The position numbers were made by a program, and so were the translations under genes. 64,000 nt of DNA from Calcarisporiella thermophila CBS 279.70. Taxonomy: Eukaryota; Fungi; Calcarisporiellomycota. Shown piece after piece: positions 48,818-60,854 of this stretch. Where the stretch lies: positions 388,970 through 452,969 of the forward strand of contig NW_027192212.1 of the NCBI RefSeq assembly GCF_041956535.1, read 5' to 3'. The notes below the pieces were generated by a model, which made no database searches, was not told where the DNA came from, and saw nothing but the letters and a program-made list of their open reading frames with translations. Each line of letters starts with the position of its first letter. Position 1 is the first letter of the stretch.

Positions 48818-49392
48818 ATGGATAAAAGAGGTAAAGGTCTATTGATTCCACCCGTGTCTTCTCTTCGAACCCGTTTGGAAGAAAGGAAGGAATGATGGAT
48901 TAATTGTTCCATAATGTCTTCAGAGCCCAAACCAGGTGTCATCGACGATTTCGACACGGGCACTTTTGTTACGGTGGTGAGTTGGGATGTTTCTCTTGGC
49001 ATTTTGGCCCGCTTTACCTGAAACCCCCTTTCCCAACCTATTCTCAGGCTATCTTCGTCCTCATCGTGTCCATCGGCCTCATCCTGTGTTACCGTCGTGC
49101 ACAGCGACTTATACCCAACGGATCCGTCTTCGCATTACGCCCCACCCGCAGAGGTACCCTGCTCCGGCTGGACGATAGTGATGTTGGATTGCTTCATGAC
49201 GAAGAGGAAGACGATGATCCCGCCGATGACGACGACAGGGTGTTTCATTCGGGTGATGAGCGTGACGAGAGAGAAATTCGCGTTCAGGTGGACGAGGATG
49301 ATGAGGAATTATTGGAAGATGATGAAGTGGAGGCGAGTGCAGAGGCCAATGGGGATGACGGTGACAGAAAAAGGTTAGCCCGGAATTCATAG
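48818..49392 (+). CDS. Small single-pass membrane protein with acidic cytosolic tail, about 136 aa, 3 exons
   Basis: Exons 48818-48830, 48924-48976, 49048-49392 join in frame: MDKREPKPGVIDDFDTGTFVTVAIFVLIVSIGLILCYRR...DEEEDDD. Confidence 0.65.
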
Positions 49393-50061
49393 TAGATAAA
49401 GGCATGGCCTCAAAGGGTTTCGTCTTGTCCCACTTTTGCCTCTCCTCTCCTATTGTATAGTATACAGCCACTATGTTTCTATTCCTATCTCGAAAGGATT
49501 TCTTTTTCATTTGACAAATGGTGAGCGCTTAGTGCTCCGACCGTTTTTCCCTCTCTCTCTCCCACCCCCCCCCCCCTCGACACGGCTCGATTGTTGGGCT
49601 TGTATGATATAAAAGAAACAATAAAAATAAGGCAATCCAAACTCCTTTCAGCGCTGAGGGGGGGGCCAAAATCCAATTTACAAACAAAGGTTGAAGTTTA
49701 ATTTCATTATTAAAGTAATCGATCTTGTCGGACGCAATTTAACACCACTTTGTGCACACAGTGAAACCGCGCCAAATAGTGGTGCTGGTTTCGTGCACAA
49801 TGTTCATTTTCCTTTATTATCTCATTACACATTTCAAAACTTGGTTATTGCTCGTGCCCTCTCCTCTTTTCGTTTCCCTTTTTTGATTTCTTTCTCGCTT
49901 TCTACGCTCCTTTTTTCATTATCCCTTTTCAATTCTTCCTCCCCCTCCCCCTTCCCCTCTGACCTTCTCTTTCTTTTCCTTGCTTGCTGCTCACTCGCCT
50001 TACTCTCACCCTCACCCGCACTCTCGCTTGCTCGCTCGCTTTCTATTTCTCTAGCCAGCTA

Positions 50062-51423
50062 ATGATGATGGCTGTCCCGACCCTAAGCCCTCCCCTCTCC
50101 TCGCTTTCTGAGGAAACTCTCGACGACTCTCCTCTCTACCATGGGCTGGCGGTCAAAGTCCTTGGGCATAAGTACCTCAACCCCTCCGATGAACCTCTCT
50201 TCATCCTCCAGGTTCACTCTTTTCACTCTGCTTCCTACAAAATCTATCGCAAGTATGACGACTTTCTGCATCTCTGCCGCATCCTCACCCGGGAATTCGT
50301 CTCCTACTCGAGAAGGACTCTGGGGGATGTGGAGGAATTTTTGGGTGCCACCGAGATCATGAAGCATACCAGAGGCATGCGCGCCAAGCTCTACTCCATG
50401 CTTCCGAAGGACAAAGACATTGCCAAGAAACAGGTGGGAATCCGCATCTTCGCCGAACGAATTTGTATGGTGGACATGGCGGTGCGGCACCCGGCGTTCA
50501 CCGAGTTCATTCGGCGCAAGCCGTCGGACGTGGAGGTGGAGCGGTTCATGAGCGCGGCCGGTGATCTGTTTATGGGGGGGAGCGGAAGGGCGAGGAGGGG
50601 CGAGGGGGAAAGTACCTACAGCACGAGCAAACGAAGCCACTCCTCCATAGGCTTCAGTTCCGGGAGCGGAAGAAGCAGCATCTTGAGTGATAGCGATAGC
50701 TTCTTCGCCAAGGCCCCCTCCACCATCTCCTCCTCCCATACCCTCACCTCCTCCAAGAATCCCCCCTCCCACCACGAGCTGCTTTCTCCAACGAGCATGG
50801 CCTCCAACCGGAGATCCATCGCGAGCGACTACCCCGTCAAGTACAACTCGCGCCTCAACGGAATCGGCTACGACTTGGAATCGAAGCGCTTCAGCAGGCT
50901 AATGAGCAAAAGTTCGCCAATGCTGGAGCTGCCGTTTGCCGAACAGTTTGCCGCCGAGTACTCCTCCATTTCCTCCCATAGCTCCGGCCACAAAACGATG
51001 AGCGACCACGGCAGAGAACCGAAGCAGAGCTGGCCTGGGCTCCTTCAACCTCCGCCCCGCCACCCGATGTCCTCATCGGCACCCTCCGAGGGCAAGCGTT
51101 TCTCGCCATTCCCAAAACTGACCCCCGTTCCTCCCCCCTCATATACGCCGCCTGTGGTGCCGAAAATTCTGCTCACCGTCTTGCGCGACCCCTCCACCAG
51201 CGTCACCAGCCTCATATCTAGAGATTGCTCTTGGGAGATCCTAAAGTGCCGGATATGCATGGAGTTTGCTGCGATGGGCCTGCGAGTGGAGGAGGGGTTT
51301 GCCCTTGGTGCCGCCGAAATGGTCCGGGGCCGACCCGCCCTAAGAAGGATCGATGGGGACGAGGAGTGGAAGAGATGGGGCAGAAGATGTGAAGATAAGG
51401 CAACCCTCCTTCTATTATCCTAA
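50062..51423 (+). CDS. PX-domain protein with Ser-rich linker and C-terminal PB1-like domain
   Basis: PX-like EPLFILQV...YKIYRKYDDFLHL...LP...HPAFTEF. C-terminal ubiquitin-like pattern with RIDGDEEW (OPCA-like). Confidence 0.6.
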   Translation: MMMAVPTLSPPLSSLSEETLDDSPLYHGLAVKVLGHKYLNPSDEPLFILQVHSFHSASYKIYRKYDDFLHLCRILTREFVSYSRRTLGDVEEFLGATEIMKHTRGMRAKLYSMLPKDKDIAKKQVGIRIFAERICMVDMAVRHPAFTEFIRRKPSDVEVERFMSAAGDLFMGGSGRARRGEGESTYSTSKRSHSSIGFSSGSGRSSILSDSDSFFAKAPSTISSSHTLTSSKNPPSHHELLSPTSMASNRRSIASDYPVKYNSRLNGIGYDLESKRFSRLMSKSSPMLELPFAEQFAAEYSSISSHSSGHKTMSDHGREPKQSWPGLLQPPPRHPMSSSAPSEGKRFSPFPKLTPVPPPSYTPPVVPKILLTVLRDPSTSVTSLISRDCSWEILKCRICMEFAAMGLRVEEGFALGAAEMVRGRPALRRIDGDEEWKRWGRRCEDKATLLLLS

Positions 51424-51819
51424 AACACATCGTTCTCTTCACCCTTCCCCTTCCTCCTCCATTTCCCTCCCCATGCAGATGCTCCCTCCTTGTTTATTTT
51501 TTGCTTGATTGCTCGTGTGTTCGTGTGTTTCCATTTCCTTGTCTAATTCCCATAGTCAATTTGTAATGCTGTCTTTCCCGCGTTCCCTCCTTTCTCCTCC
51601 CCTTTCTTCTTCTACCCGTCTTAGAGTCTCTAATGTGTTCCCATAAATCTTTGTATCATCGTTCGTTCCTTCAGTGCCTGCGGCATGGTTAGTGGATTCA
51701 AATACATACAACAAAAAAGAAGATAAATTATATTTATATATTTGTTGGGATATCCTAGCCACTTGGCTCGTGGATGGCAGCTAGAGTTAGCCTTACTATA
51801 ACTCTCGTCAAAGTTGGCC

Positions 51820-53829
51820 TTAACCATCAGGATACCTTGCCCTCAGTTCTGCACTTGGAATATAGCGGAAAGTGTCGGGATCAAACCTTTCAAAGTAGGC
51901 CCCAATTTCCTCTTGTGCATACAACGGCCCGTCTTCTCCCGGCCGATTGCCTAAACCATAATCGTCGTGGGCTTGGGTTGCTGACCCCAACGGGTAAGTT
52001 GGTGACCCCTGAGTTTCTGCGTCGTTGCAGAAGCGTACCACGATATTATCATGGGCCACGTACCGAGAAGAGCCATCCTCGACAAACACGTTGTAAAAAG
52101 GTTGGTGGCGTCCGCGGGCAAGGGAAGTGTCCACTTGCATTTGTAAAATCCACTGTTCAGACGCACTACACTCTATAGGCAGAATCGAAGATAAGTAAAT
52201 GTCGAGAGAGAGGGGGGGAGGGGGGCGGGAGGATAGGGGAGCTAGTCTTCCCATTGTGTTCAAAGATGACATTCTTACCTTCGTCCCATCCGTAGATCAC
52301 AGCTGTATAGCCATACCGCCGATGGTCAAATATAGTGCCCACGCTATACAATTCACTCTTCTCTCGGCGTCTCTTTGCAACGATCTCTGGCTCACTCGAG
52401 TCCTCCTCAAGCACCCTTTCCAGCTCGTAAATTAGTATCCGCTCCTCTGGTCTATCCTCACTCACATTGAGCTCTCGCATCCGCTCAAGCACATATTCCG
52501 CGTCTTCCGGGAAGCACTGCGAAGTCGCCACTACCCACGTTCTCAGTCGACCAAGGGGCGGGTTGTCCATTATGGCAAAGAGCTGCGTGAGCGCAGCATG
52601 CAGTGTGGTCGCCGGTAGGCCCAGGTTGGCATCCGGCAGCACTGCATTGTAGAGATTAATAAGGCAGCGGTAGAAGATGGCGCGTGGCTCTGCCACGACA
52701 AAGTGATTTTGAGTAGTGGCAAGACCCATATCCCGCAGCATTTGCTGGCATTCGGCCAAGGTGTAGCAAATGCCACCCTGGAACACGTCTAGGAAACCGT
52801 TCTGGCGGTATCGCAAGAGAAAATGCTGAGGAAAATTGATGGCATCCACGTGCACCCCCACTCGCTCCGCAATGGCCTGAAACAATATCGAGAGGGTGAG
52901 CGGCAGGCCAGTGTGGGACTTGAGGACTTGATCGATGTAGTTGTTGGCCACAGCATAGTAGTTCGCCACATTTCCTCGGAAGCCCTTCTTCTCGCAAAAA
53001 TATCGCACAAGTGCATTAAATCGCGCATCCTCTTCCACGGTATCCACCTCCTCCTCACGGAATTCTTTTGCGAGCTCCTCAATCCTCTCGTCCACTTGGT
53101 GGGTTGTGCACTCGATGTTCCCGAATGACGCAATGAGCGCCATGCCATACCACACGGCTATTTCTCTCTCGCCCTTTCTAAATGCTATCCACTGCTCTCT
53201 CACCTGTCTTCGCCTCATGTACCGGAGCGTTTTTCTCGCCCAGTACCGCTGCGAGAGTGGCGACTTGCTCCGGATGATTGTTTTGAGAATGTCTTCGGCC
53301 TCCAGTCCGAAATCACCAATTAGTTTGATATTGTGGTTGCGATGCAGCGAGGTACGTTCGATCTCCCGGAGGAGACAGAGAATGTCGCGGTCGATTTTTA
53401 AACGTCTGATAAAAACAGACTTGTATGAGGTTGAAGAAGTGTCCGGAAATTTAGTATTCCAAATTTTCCATCTAATATCGTAAGAAGAGAGCAATATAAC
53501 TACTAAGAGGGAGAAGCCTATTATGCTGACGAAAATGATACACAGACCTCTTCTCGCAGAATCGCTTCCACAAGATATTCGAGTTACACTGCACTGACCA
53601 TTCGCGAGAAACTCTGGAGAAGCGAGCAAGATCCAGGGGATCGTCGACGTGACGAAGAATTTCTATTCATTCCAATTCACCAGTCAACCCACCCACTTGG
53701 AAATTAGAACAATGCCACCTAAACAAGAAGTACAAAAAGGTGACACGTACCGTATATACAATCCGCTGGAAGCATACTGCGTTTCACTAGAATGCAGCTA
53801 TTTGAGTTTGTTCGAATCTCGAATGTCAT
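51820..53829 (-). CDS. FBXO21-like F-box protein: F-box + transglutaminase-like (SirB1) + YccV/HspQ-like domain
   Basis: LPADCIY|EILRHV...FSRVSREW...LWKRFC (F-box); GFRGNVANYY..NNYIDQVL..GLPLTLS..INFPQHFLL..LDVFQGG; YSVGTIFDHRRYGYTAVIYGWD..QPFYNVFVEDGSSRYVAHDNI. Start could be the downstream ATG. Confidence 0.88.
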
Positions 53830-54241
53830 ACACGCCAATGAAGGCCAAATGAAAGGAGTGCCGAAAAAATAAAATTCTCTATATATTGCATTTTGCCACA
53901 TCCGCGATTACTACAGTTGGCCTTTTGCTGCGCCATCGTGACGTTCGCATTTTTTTTGTTTTGCGCGACGCGTTGATGAAGGATATATTGGGAAGAGTTT
54001 TTTATTATTTTTTGACAGGAGCAAAAAGGACAGGAATAAGTAGGGCAAAGAGAACGTCGATCCGACCATCATTTGTTTACCATCTATTTCTTGCTATATC
54101 CATCATTATTTTCTATTGATAATACACTAGCTATTCCTTAATAATTGTTATTGTTATTCACATTGCCAATGTTATATAATTCAATATCATTCATCGTTTC
54201 TATATAGTCCTTTGAGGCATCTTTAACTTATTTTTCATTCC

Positions 54242-57200
54242 ATGATTCCAAACTCATACGAATCCACCACGCAGCGCATCTCCACACCCGATCCCTCCGA
54301 GACCTCATCTCCCACCACAGAGCGGCGTGATGGAAGTCCTCGCACTCCCAAACGGCAAATCTGGACGGAGGCCCACAACTTGCGAACACGGCCTGCAACC
54401 TCAAATGCCGGACTAACCAAGACACAGCGTTTGATGTTGTTAGCTATGGGAGGAGGGGAGAGAAGTGAGGAGGAGGAAACCAAAGACGTCGAGGATTACA
54501 TACGGTATATATCTATGATTCAGTGTGCGTAAGCTGATTTCTTAGCTTCATAATTTTTTTGCCACTTTTTCCAGGATGCGCGCACAATCGATGCCAAACA
54601 ATCCCATGCATCCCACCCACACCGTCAATAAATTGGAGTCCATCTCGCGGCTTACCGTAATGCGCTCCACCAGTGCTCCAATTGAAGAAGAATCCGGATA
54701 CCCTAATGGCACTAATAGTAATGGAAAGCAGGAGCGAGCTCTTCCGCCGCCACTTCGGCGGGCTAATTCGCTCATTTCACAACGTACCGATCGCAGAGAG
54801 CTGGTAGCGCTGGCACGAGTGTTGGGATGGCCGGAGCCGCAGCCGGTGCCGCTCTGGGAAAGGAAAAGCATGTTCTTTGACTCGCTGGACGAGTCGATAA
54901 GGCAGGGAAGAGAGGGCACATCGGCTTTGATGAAGGAGAAGGAGTCAGCAGTGCAAGGGGAGCTGATATCGAGGCCGGCATCGGCCGCGAGTGGAGAGTT
55001 GGGCTGGGTTCTGCCCCCGCTCCCCGCCGACATATCCAAGTTTGACGAGGCCGATCTGTTTCGGTCAAACGTTTCGACCACTTCGGTGACCTCGGGAGTT
55101 TCCGCGTCATTGCCGGTCGAGGAGGAGAAAGCACCAACCTCAAAGGAGGCACCACCGCCTCTTCTCTTCTGTGACTACGATCCATCCATCTTCAACTACT
55201 TGAGCTCGGATGAGGATGAGCGGATCATCATCTGGGGGACGGTGGCGGGAGATGGTGTGTCTGCTTCTCCCATGCCGGGAGACGGCGTAGGTAAAGAGCA
55301 GACATCCGAGAAGGCGGAGGATGAGACAAGGAAACGAAAATCTCGCCACCGACGGAGCATGATCGAAACGCTTACACGAGCAACCCAGCTGCTCTCCCTT
55401 GACAGATCCAAATCACGCCCTACTTCCCCTGAGCCATCCCCGGCCCCTTCCCCAGCGCCTTTTCACGCCCCAGCGGCCCAGCCAAAAAACTCGACGGAAG
55501 TGTCGCAGCGAGTGATCATGGCCGCCACTGTCGAGAAACTGGTGGAAAAACTCACCAGCAGCATCGACTACGCCTTCCTGACGGATTTCTTCTTGACCTA
55601 CCGAACCTTTATTTCATCGGTTCAGCTGTGTAAACTGCTGATCCTGAGATTCCGATGGGCGCTCTTGGAGGATACCGAGGATCGAATGATTGCTCGTATA
55701 CGGTATGTATTGATGCTTCTCCCCCCCTTATATTACGTGTTGCTCACCACGATGGGTGAATAGTATTTTCGTTACTTTCCGCCACTGGCTGCTCAACTAT
55801 TTTGTGCACGACTATATACCCTGCCGCGCATTGCGTCACACCCTCGTTGCCTACCTCAACTCCATTGACTCGCACCCCTCCATTGCTCGCTCTCCACGTG
55901 ACCAACGCATTGTCAAGAGTCTTCGCCGCATTCTCCGGCGGCTCAAAAAGATGTACTGCCGGCAACTGCCGCTTATGCCTGACACAGGGGAAAGTGGGGA
56001 GACGAGAAAGACCCTTTATGGCTCTCCGGGATTGCTGGCGCGAACTCCGACCGGCTCGGTGGGATCCAGCTCTCGTTCACACCTCCCCTCGTTACTCTAC
56101 TCTGAGGGAAGCAGAAATAAGGGGGCTGTGGATAGCTCGTCCCCGGAGTCCGCCTTCACCGGCCAAACTAGTGTCCTGACTGACGCGACTAAACTGACTA
56201 AATTAACGCCCACCTCCAACGAGGACCCTGGTATGGAGAGAAAAGAGGGTTTTTACGGCGGAGTGAGCGATGATGACTTGTCCGCGGGCGAATCGAGCGA
56301 GGACAATGAGGAGGACACGGACAGAGGGGAGCGAGTGGCAGGAGTAAGAAGAAAACGGGTTCTTGCGAGGCCGAGGCTTGCCACCGTGGAGCAATCCCCT
56401 CCCAACGAACCGTTCTGCAACCCTAGTGATGATCCGTTTGCGCCTCTGCCTAAGCTCTCCGCTAATGCCCCCGGTGTGAATAAGGAAGCGCTTGAAATGG
56501 AGGATCCAGCGCAACCCACTGTGAAACTTCGCCGGCGTGAAAAAGGGCCAGCTGATACTGGGCTGGAGCGCGATGAGGGTGCTGCGGGCGAGGCACAGCC
56601 TCCAAGACGTGGAAGGGCGCGCCCTCCCTTGCCAACCGAATTCTTCTCCTCTCCTACGCAATCGAAAGCCGACGAAACAGAAGAGTCACCCGGTGGGAGC
56701 GATGGCCAAGGCACCGTCTCCGATATTGGAGGGAGTGTTGACATGGGCCTCACGCCCTCACCCCCCGCCAATACTAAGTTGAATTCGGGCCATGATCCTT
56801 TTGGGTTCCTATCGGACTCGGGTGTCGCGAACGGAGCCGGCTATCAACGACGCCGAGCAGCAGCCCAGCGACAACGAAGACGGAATCAGCACCACAAGCG
56901 GCCCCCGCTGCCCGCATTTAGTCCAGTGCAAACCAGAAACCCTGTTGGGGGAAGAGACGCCGGCAGAATATCCCTCCGGCAATCATCAGGCGGGAACGGT
57001 GGCGTGAAGGAGGAAGAATCGAATGGACTATTCGGGAATGCCCATTTCGCGCCCGAACTTTCCCCCTCTGCCCTCGAAGCGCAGCGGCACTGCCTTGCGC
57101 AGAGGGGGAGGGAGAGGAATACCGACCCTGATGATATCTTTGGGGAAGATGCGGCGACCACCGTGTGCTCCAAGAGTTCCGGCTTCACTTTTCGAACGCG

Positions 57201-58908
57201 GGAGGAGTCGGATAAAGAGGAGCACGTCAGGAGTACAGACGAAACTCGGTCGTTGAACCAGCAAGAGCGGCCCAGCTCCACGGAGCAACAGTTGGAGCCG
57301 GCGACCATCCGACGGGCATCGACCTCAGCGGCATCCACCGGCGACGGAATCCAGTCCCTTCGCCGGCTGCCCAATGGCAGGGATTTGAGAAAAGCCAGGT
57401 CGATTCGCGATCTCATGCCCGCCCGTCGGAAGCGAGACTCGTATCACACCATTGATGGAGAGATGGAGTCCTTGTCCCTCTCTTCAAACCAACAGGCACA
57501 GAGTAGAACTGAGAACGAGGCGTCAATGAAGAATCGGAGACGGGGGAGTTTAAGAACTTTCAGGCGGAGCATGGTCGCCATGGTGACTGCGGTGGGTGGA
57601 GGAGGAGGAGGAGGAGGAGGAGGAGGAGGAGGTGGTGGTGGTGGTGGTGGTGGTGGTGGAACAACGGGTCAAGATCGCCCGAGTATGGACACATCTTCTG
57701 CGGCTTACTCCACGCGGTCAAAACCCGATGGGTCTCTTGCGGACTCTTCCTCCACATCCGTGAATGCCACCTACTCGACCGCAACCACCCCGCCTATCTC
57801 TGCCATGGCTTCGCCCGCGCACCGCTCGTTTATCCTCTTCTACCGCTCCGAGGCAATAGCCCAACAACTTTGCTTGATCGAGAGGGACGTGTTGTTGGAG
57901 GTGGAGTGGGAAGAGCTCGTTAACGTGGAGTGGACCAAGAAGAACGCGCACCAGCAGTCGTCCGTGAATGGGGACGATAGAGAGCGCACCCCTTCCAAGA
58001 TGGGGACCTACCGGAAGCGGGATCGCCGCGGCGTGGAGCGGGTCATCGAGCGGTTCAACTTGGCCTGCCAGTGGGTCGCGACGGAAATCGTGTGCACCCG
58101 CGCGCTTGAGGACCGGGTTCGTGTGGTGGAGAAATTCATTCGGATTGCGCAAAAGTGCCGCCTCTACTCGAACTTCTCCACCCTCACACAGATCCTGCTT
58201 GGGCTGCAGTCGCCGGCGGTGAGCCGACTGAAGAAGACGTGGGCCCAGGTGGGCGGGGCGGAGATGCGCGTGCTCAAGGAGTTGTCGGAATTCACCTCCC
58301 CGTTTCGAAACTGGAAGCACATGCGCGACTGCATGACCATGGTGGTCAACGAGTTCGGCGGCGCGTCGGCGGATGTTGAGATTCGGCTGCCGGGGGACAA
58401 GAGCTTGGCCAGAGGCAGCTCAGGCGGGCTGTTGGGCTGGATGTCGCCGCGCGCGCGATCCGGAAGCCGTGCCGCGTTTGGCGGCTGTGTCCCGTTCCTA
58501 GGGCTTTACCTGTCCGATCTGGTGTTCAACTCGGAGCTTCCCGTGTACCTCGCCCCCAAACAGCCCACCTCTCCCCACGCCGTCTCCCGGCCCCCACTGC
58601 CCCCCTCTCAACCTCGCCAGAAGAGGGGCCTGCTGCAGTCTCGGGCCCAAGCGGAGGCCCAGCTCGAGAACATTCTTAAGAGCGAGGCGGAGAGTGCCGA
58701 GGTGGGGCGATTGCTCCGGCAGCAGCCCCTCGTCAACTTCCACAAGCACCGTACCACCGCCACCATTATCAAGCGCGTGCTGACCTTTCAGAACTTGGCG
58801 CGGCGGTATCCCTTTGCCATCGAGCCCGGCCTTCACACCAGATGCGTCTATCTGAGGGCGTTCGACAAGGCGGAGATCGCGCGGATAAGTCGGACCATAG
58901 AAGATTAG
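54242..58908 (+). CDS. LTE1: Lte1-like RasGEF (REM + CDC25 domains), 3 exons
   Basis: Introns approx. 54503-54574 and 55702-55763. AATVEKLVEKLT..FLTDFFLTYRTF; FRHWLLNYFVHDY; FILFYRSEAIAQQLCLIE; NFSTLTQILLGLQS; GCVPFLGLYLSDL. Confidence 0.85.
57595..57660 (+). repeat. Coding compound trinucleotide repeat encoding 22 Gly
   Basis: GGT(GGA)11(GGT)9GGA inside the RasGEF ORF. Confidence 0.95.
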
Positions 58909-59645
58909 ACTGCCAGGAACCCCTTGGTCATCTTCATCCCCCCCCCCCCCTCCTCCATCCCCCCTCCATTTTTCCGCTATTAATTTATGATTGCTCTCTT
59001 TTCTCTTCCTGGTATTCCATTCATATTTGCTTTATTTCTTCATTCGCCGTATTTTTTTCTTACCTCTAGTACTTTTCTCCCCCAATCTTAACCTTAGCCA
59101 CATCCCTCTTACTCTCTCCTCTTCCCTTTTACCCTACTTGATTTTTGTGTGTCTTTTCTCTGAATTTCATTTAAGTTGGCTCTTCCTTTTTATAAAAAAA
59201 ATAGAGAAGCCGCCCTCGTTTTCTATATTTTCATCCGTTGTTCTTTAAAGATAATCATGATCAATATAGTATGTTTTATGAAGTCTAATCCACTCTATCG
59301 GATTTGTCGCTAATTCAAATACGGCGCCTTCCGTCAGAATATAGGCCTTGCTCCCCCACCCGGCAAAATCTGGGTTGCTACCGCTTCTCTCATTGAGCTC
59401 TGTATGGACGAGACAAGTGCCAATGACACTAATACTCTAACGGTGATACAAAAGAAGAGACAGGCACTTGTGCATTTTAATGAATAGGCAAAAGAATAAG
59501 AAGGACAAAAGCAGTCAAATAAAGAATGAGTGAATCTAGAAAAAGCAGAACAGCTACAAAAGATAAATTGAATTCCCTATATGGCATGACCGAGGTATAT
59601 TTCCTTAAACAAACTCTAGACAATAGGATTTCTTATTATCCTGAA

Positions 59646-60854
59646 CTATGCATGACTCGAGGGTATTGGTAGATAGGAAGATGTCCGAGTGCTACGTCCT
59701 TTGCGGAGATGTCGCGCACAACACCTGATCAGCAATATCCCGAACAGGACGAGCACGAGGAGGCTTAACGTGAGCAGCCAGGCGAGACTTTGCTCGAGAA
59801 CCGACTGCATGGAGCTCTGAAGGAAGTGAGATCGGTGCATATTGCGCTTGATGGCGACGATGTATGAAAAGGTGGAGAAGCCGTTTCCAATGAACGTGTC
59901 CACATGCGCAAGTAGTTCGTTCTCAATCAGAGACAGACCATGCGCGCGCATCCATGACTCACGCGAGGCATTGGCAAATAAAGAGGGATTGTTGAGGCAA
60001 GCGTCGGAGCGGAGCAGCTCCTCGGCGTCGATAGTGTAGATTTGCGTTGGATAGCGCTTCTTCAGGTTGAGCACGGTCTCGTGGTCTCGATTGTCGGTGG
60101 CAATCAGAATCGGGGGATGCTTGCCGGCGGTGACGCGTTGGATGTGCTCGACGACGAGGTCGTAGGTCATGTCGCAGCGCCAGAGCGCCTTTAGTGGGCT
60201 GTGTCCGTGGATGGTCTCGCACTCCTTCGACTCCACCAAGGACACGTCTCTATTCCATGTGCGGAGATGGATCCCAATGCTCTCGTCGATCGGCCATGTC
60301 TTGCGCGCATGCTCCACACAGGCGCTGATCGGCTCCTTGTACACGAAAGAGGACAAGATGTCGTGGGCATATTGCTGGAAGCGGCCCCCGATGATGAATA
60401 CAAAGACTACGAGGCGAGGAAAGGTGTATTGCCAAAAGGCCTCGTGGGGAGTGTTGAGTATCCGGATGGTCGAAGCCTCGTTGTTCCGGTTGGTAGCGTA
60501 CGCCTCAGCGAGAGTCGAGACATCGATGGTTGCGTTTGGGGTCCCATCCAACATAAAGTCCATGGGCTCGAACAACTGCGACAGCCGCTGGTGATTAGGC
60601 TGCTGGCCGAAAATCGGTGGAAAGACAATACCGGGCGAGATGAGCTGTCGATGAGGAAGTGGGTTGAACATGGCCGCACCCACATGCAGGACCAGCTGGT
60701 TGTTGATATAGGCGAATGCAGGAATCTCCCATGTCAAGAGTCCTCCGGCGGGCGCCTGACTGGAAAGAAGTAGCCGCACGGACAAGCCGGCAATGATAAT
60801 AGTGGCAAAGACGATGGGAATAAAGAAGGTGACGAAGTGTGCCTTCCGAACCAT
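59646..60854 (-). CDS. GDP-fucose O-fucosyltransferase-family (O-FucT) protein, copy A
   Basis: N-terminal TM, YINNQL, IGIHLRT, ILIATDN, IENELLAHVDTFIGNGFSTFS, extra C-terminal TM helix. Confidence 0.8.
   Translation of the reverse strand: MVRKAHFVTFFIPIVFATIIIAGLSVRLLLSSQAPAGGLLTWEIPAFAYINNQLVLHVGAAMFNPLPHRQLISPGIVFPPIFGQQPNHQRLSQLFEPMDFMLDGTPNATIDVSTLAEAYATNRNNEASTIRILNTPHEAFWQYTFPRLVVFVFIIGGRFQQYAHDILSSFVYKEPISACVEHARKTWPIDESIGIHLRTWNRDVSLVESKECETIHGHSPLKALWRCDMTYDLVVEHIQRVTAGKHPPILIATDNRDHETVLNLKKRYPTQIYTIDAEELLRSDACLNNPSLFANASRESWMRAHGLSLIENELLAHVDTFIGNGFSTFSYIVAIKRNMHRSHFLQSSMQSVLEQSLAWLLTLSLLVLVLFGILLIRCCARHLRKGRSTRTSSYLPIPSSHA

Noticed and set aside
49560-49680. C-run/G-run segment (and 59345-59385) resembling Harbinger MITE ends; 12-mer GACACGGCTCGA shared with the 45896 region
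   Set aside because: No paired TIRs or TSD, and chance 12-mer matches are common in 64 kb.
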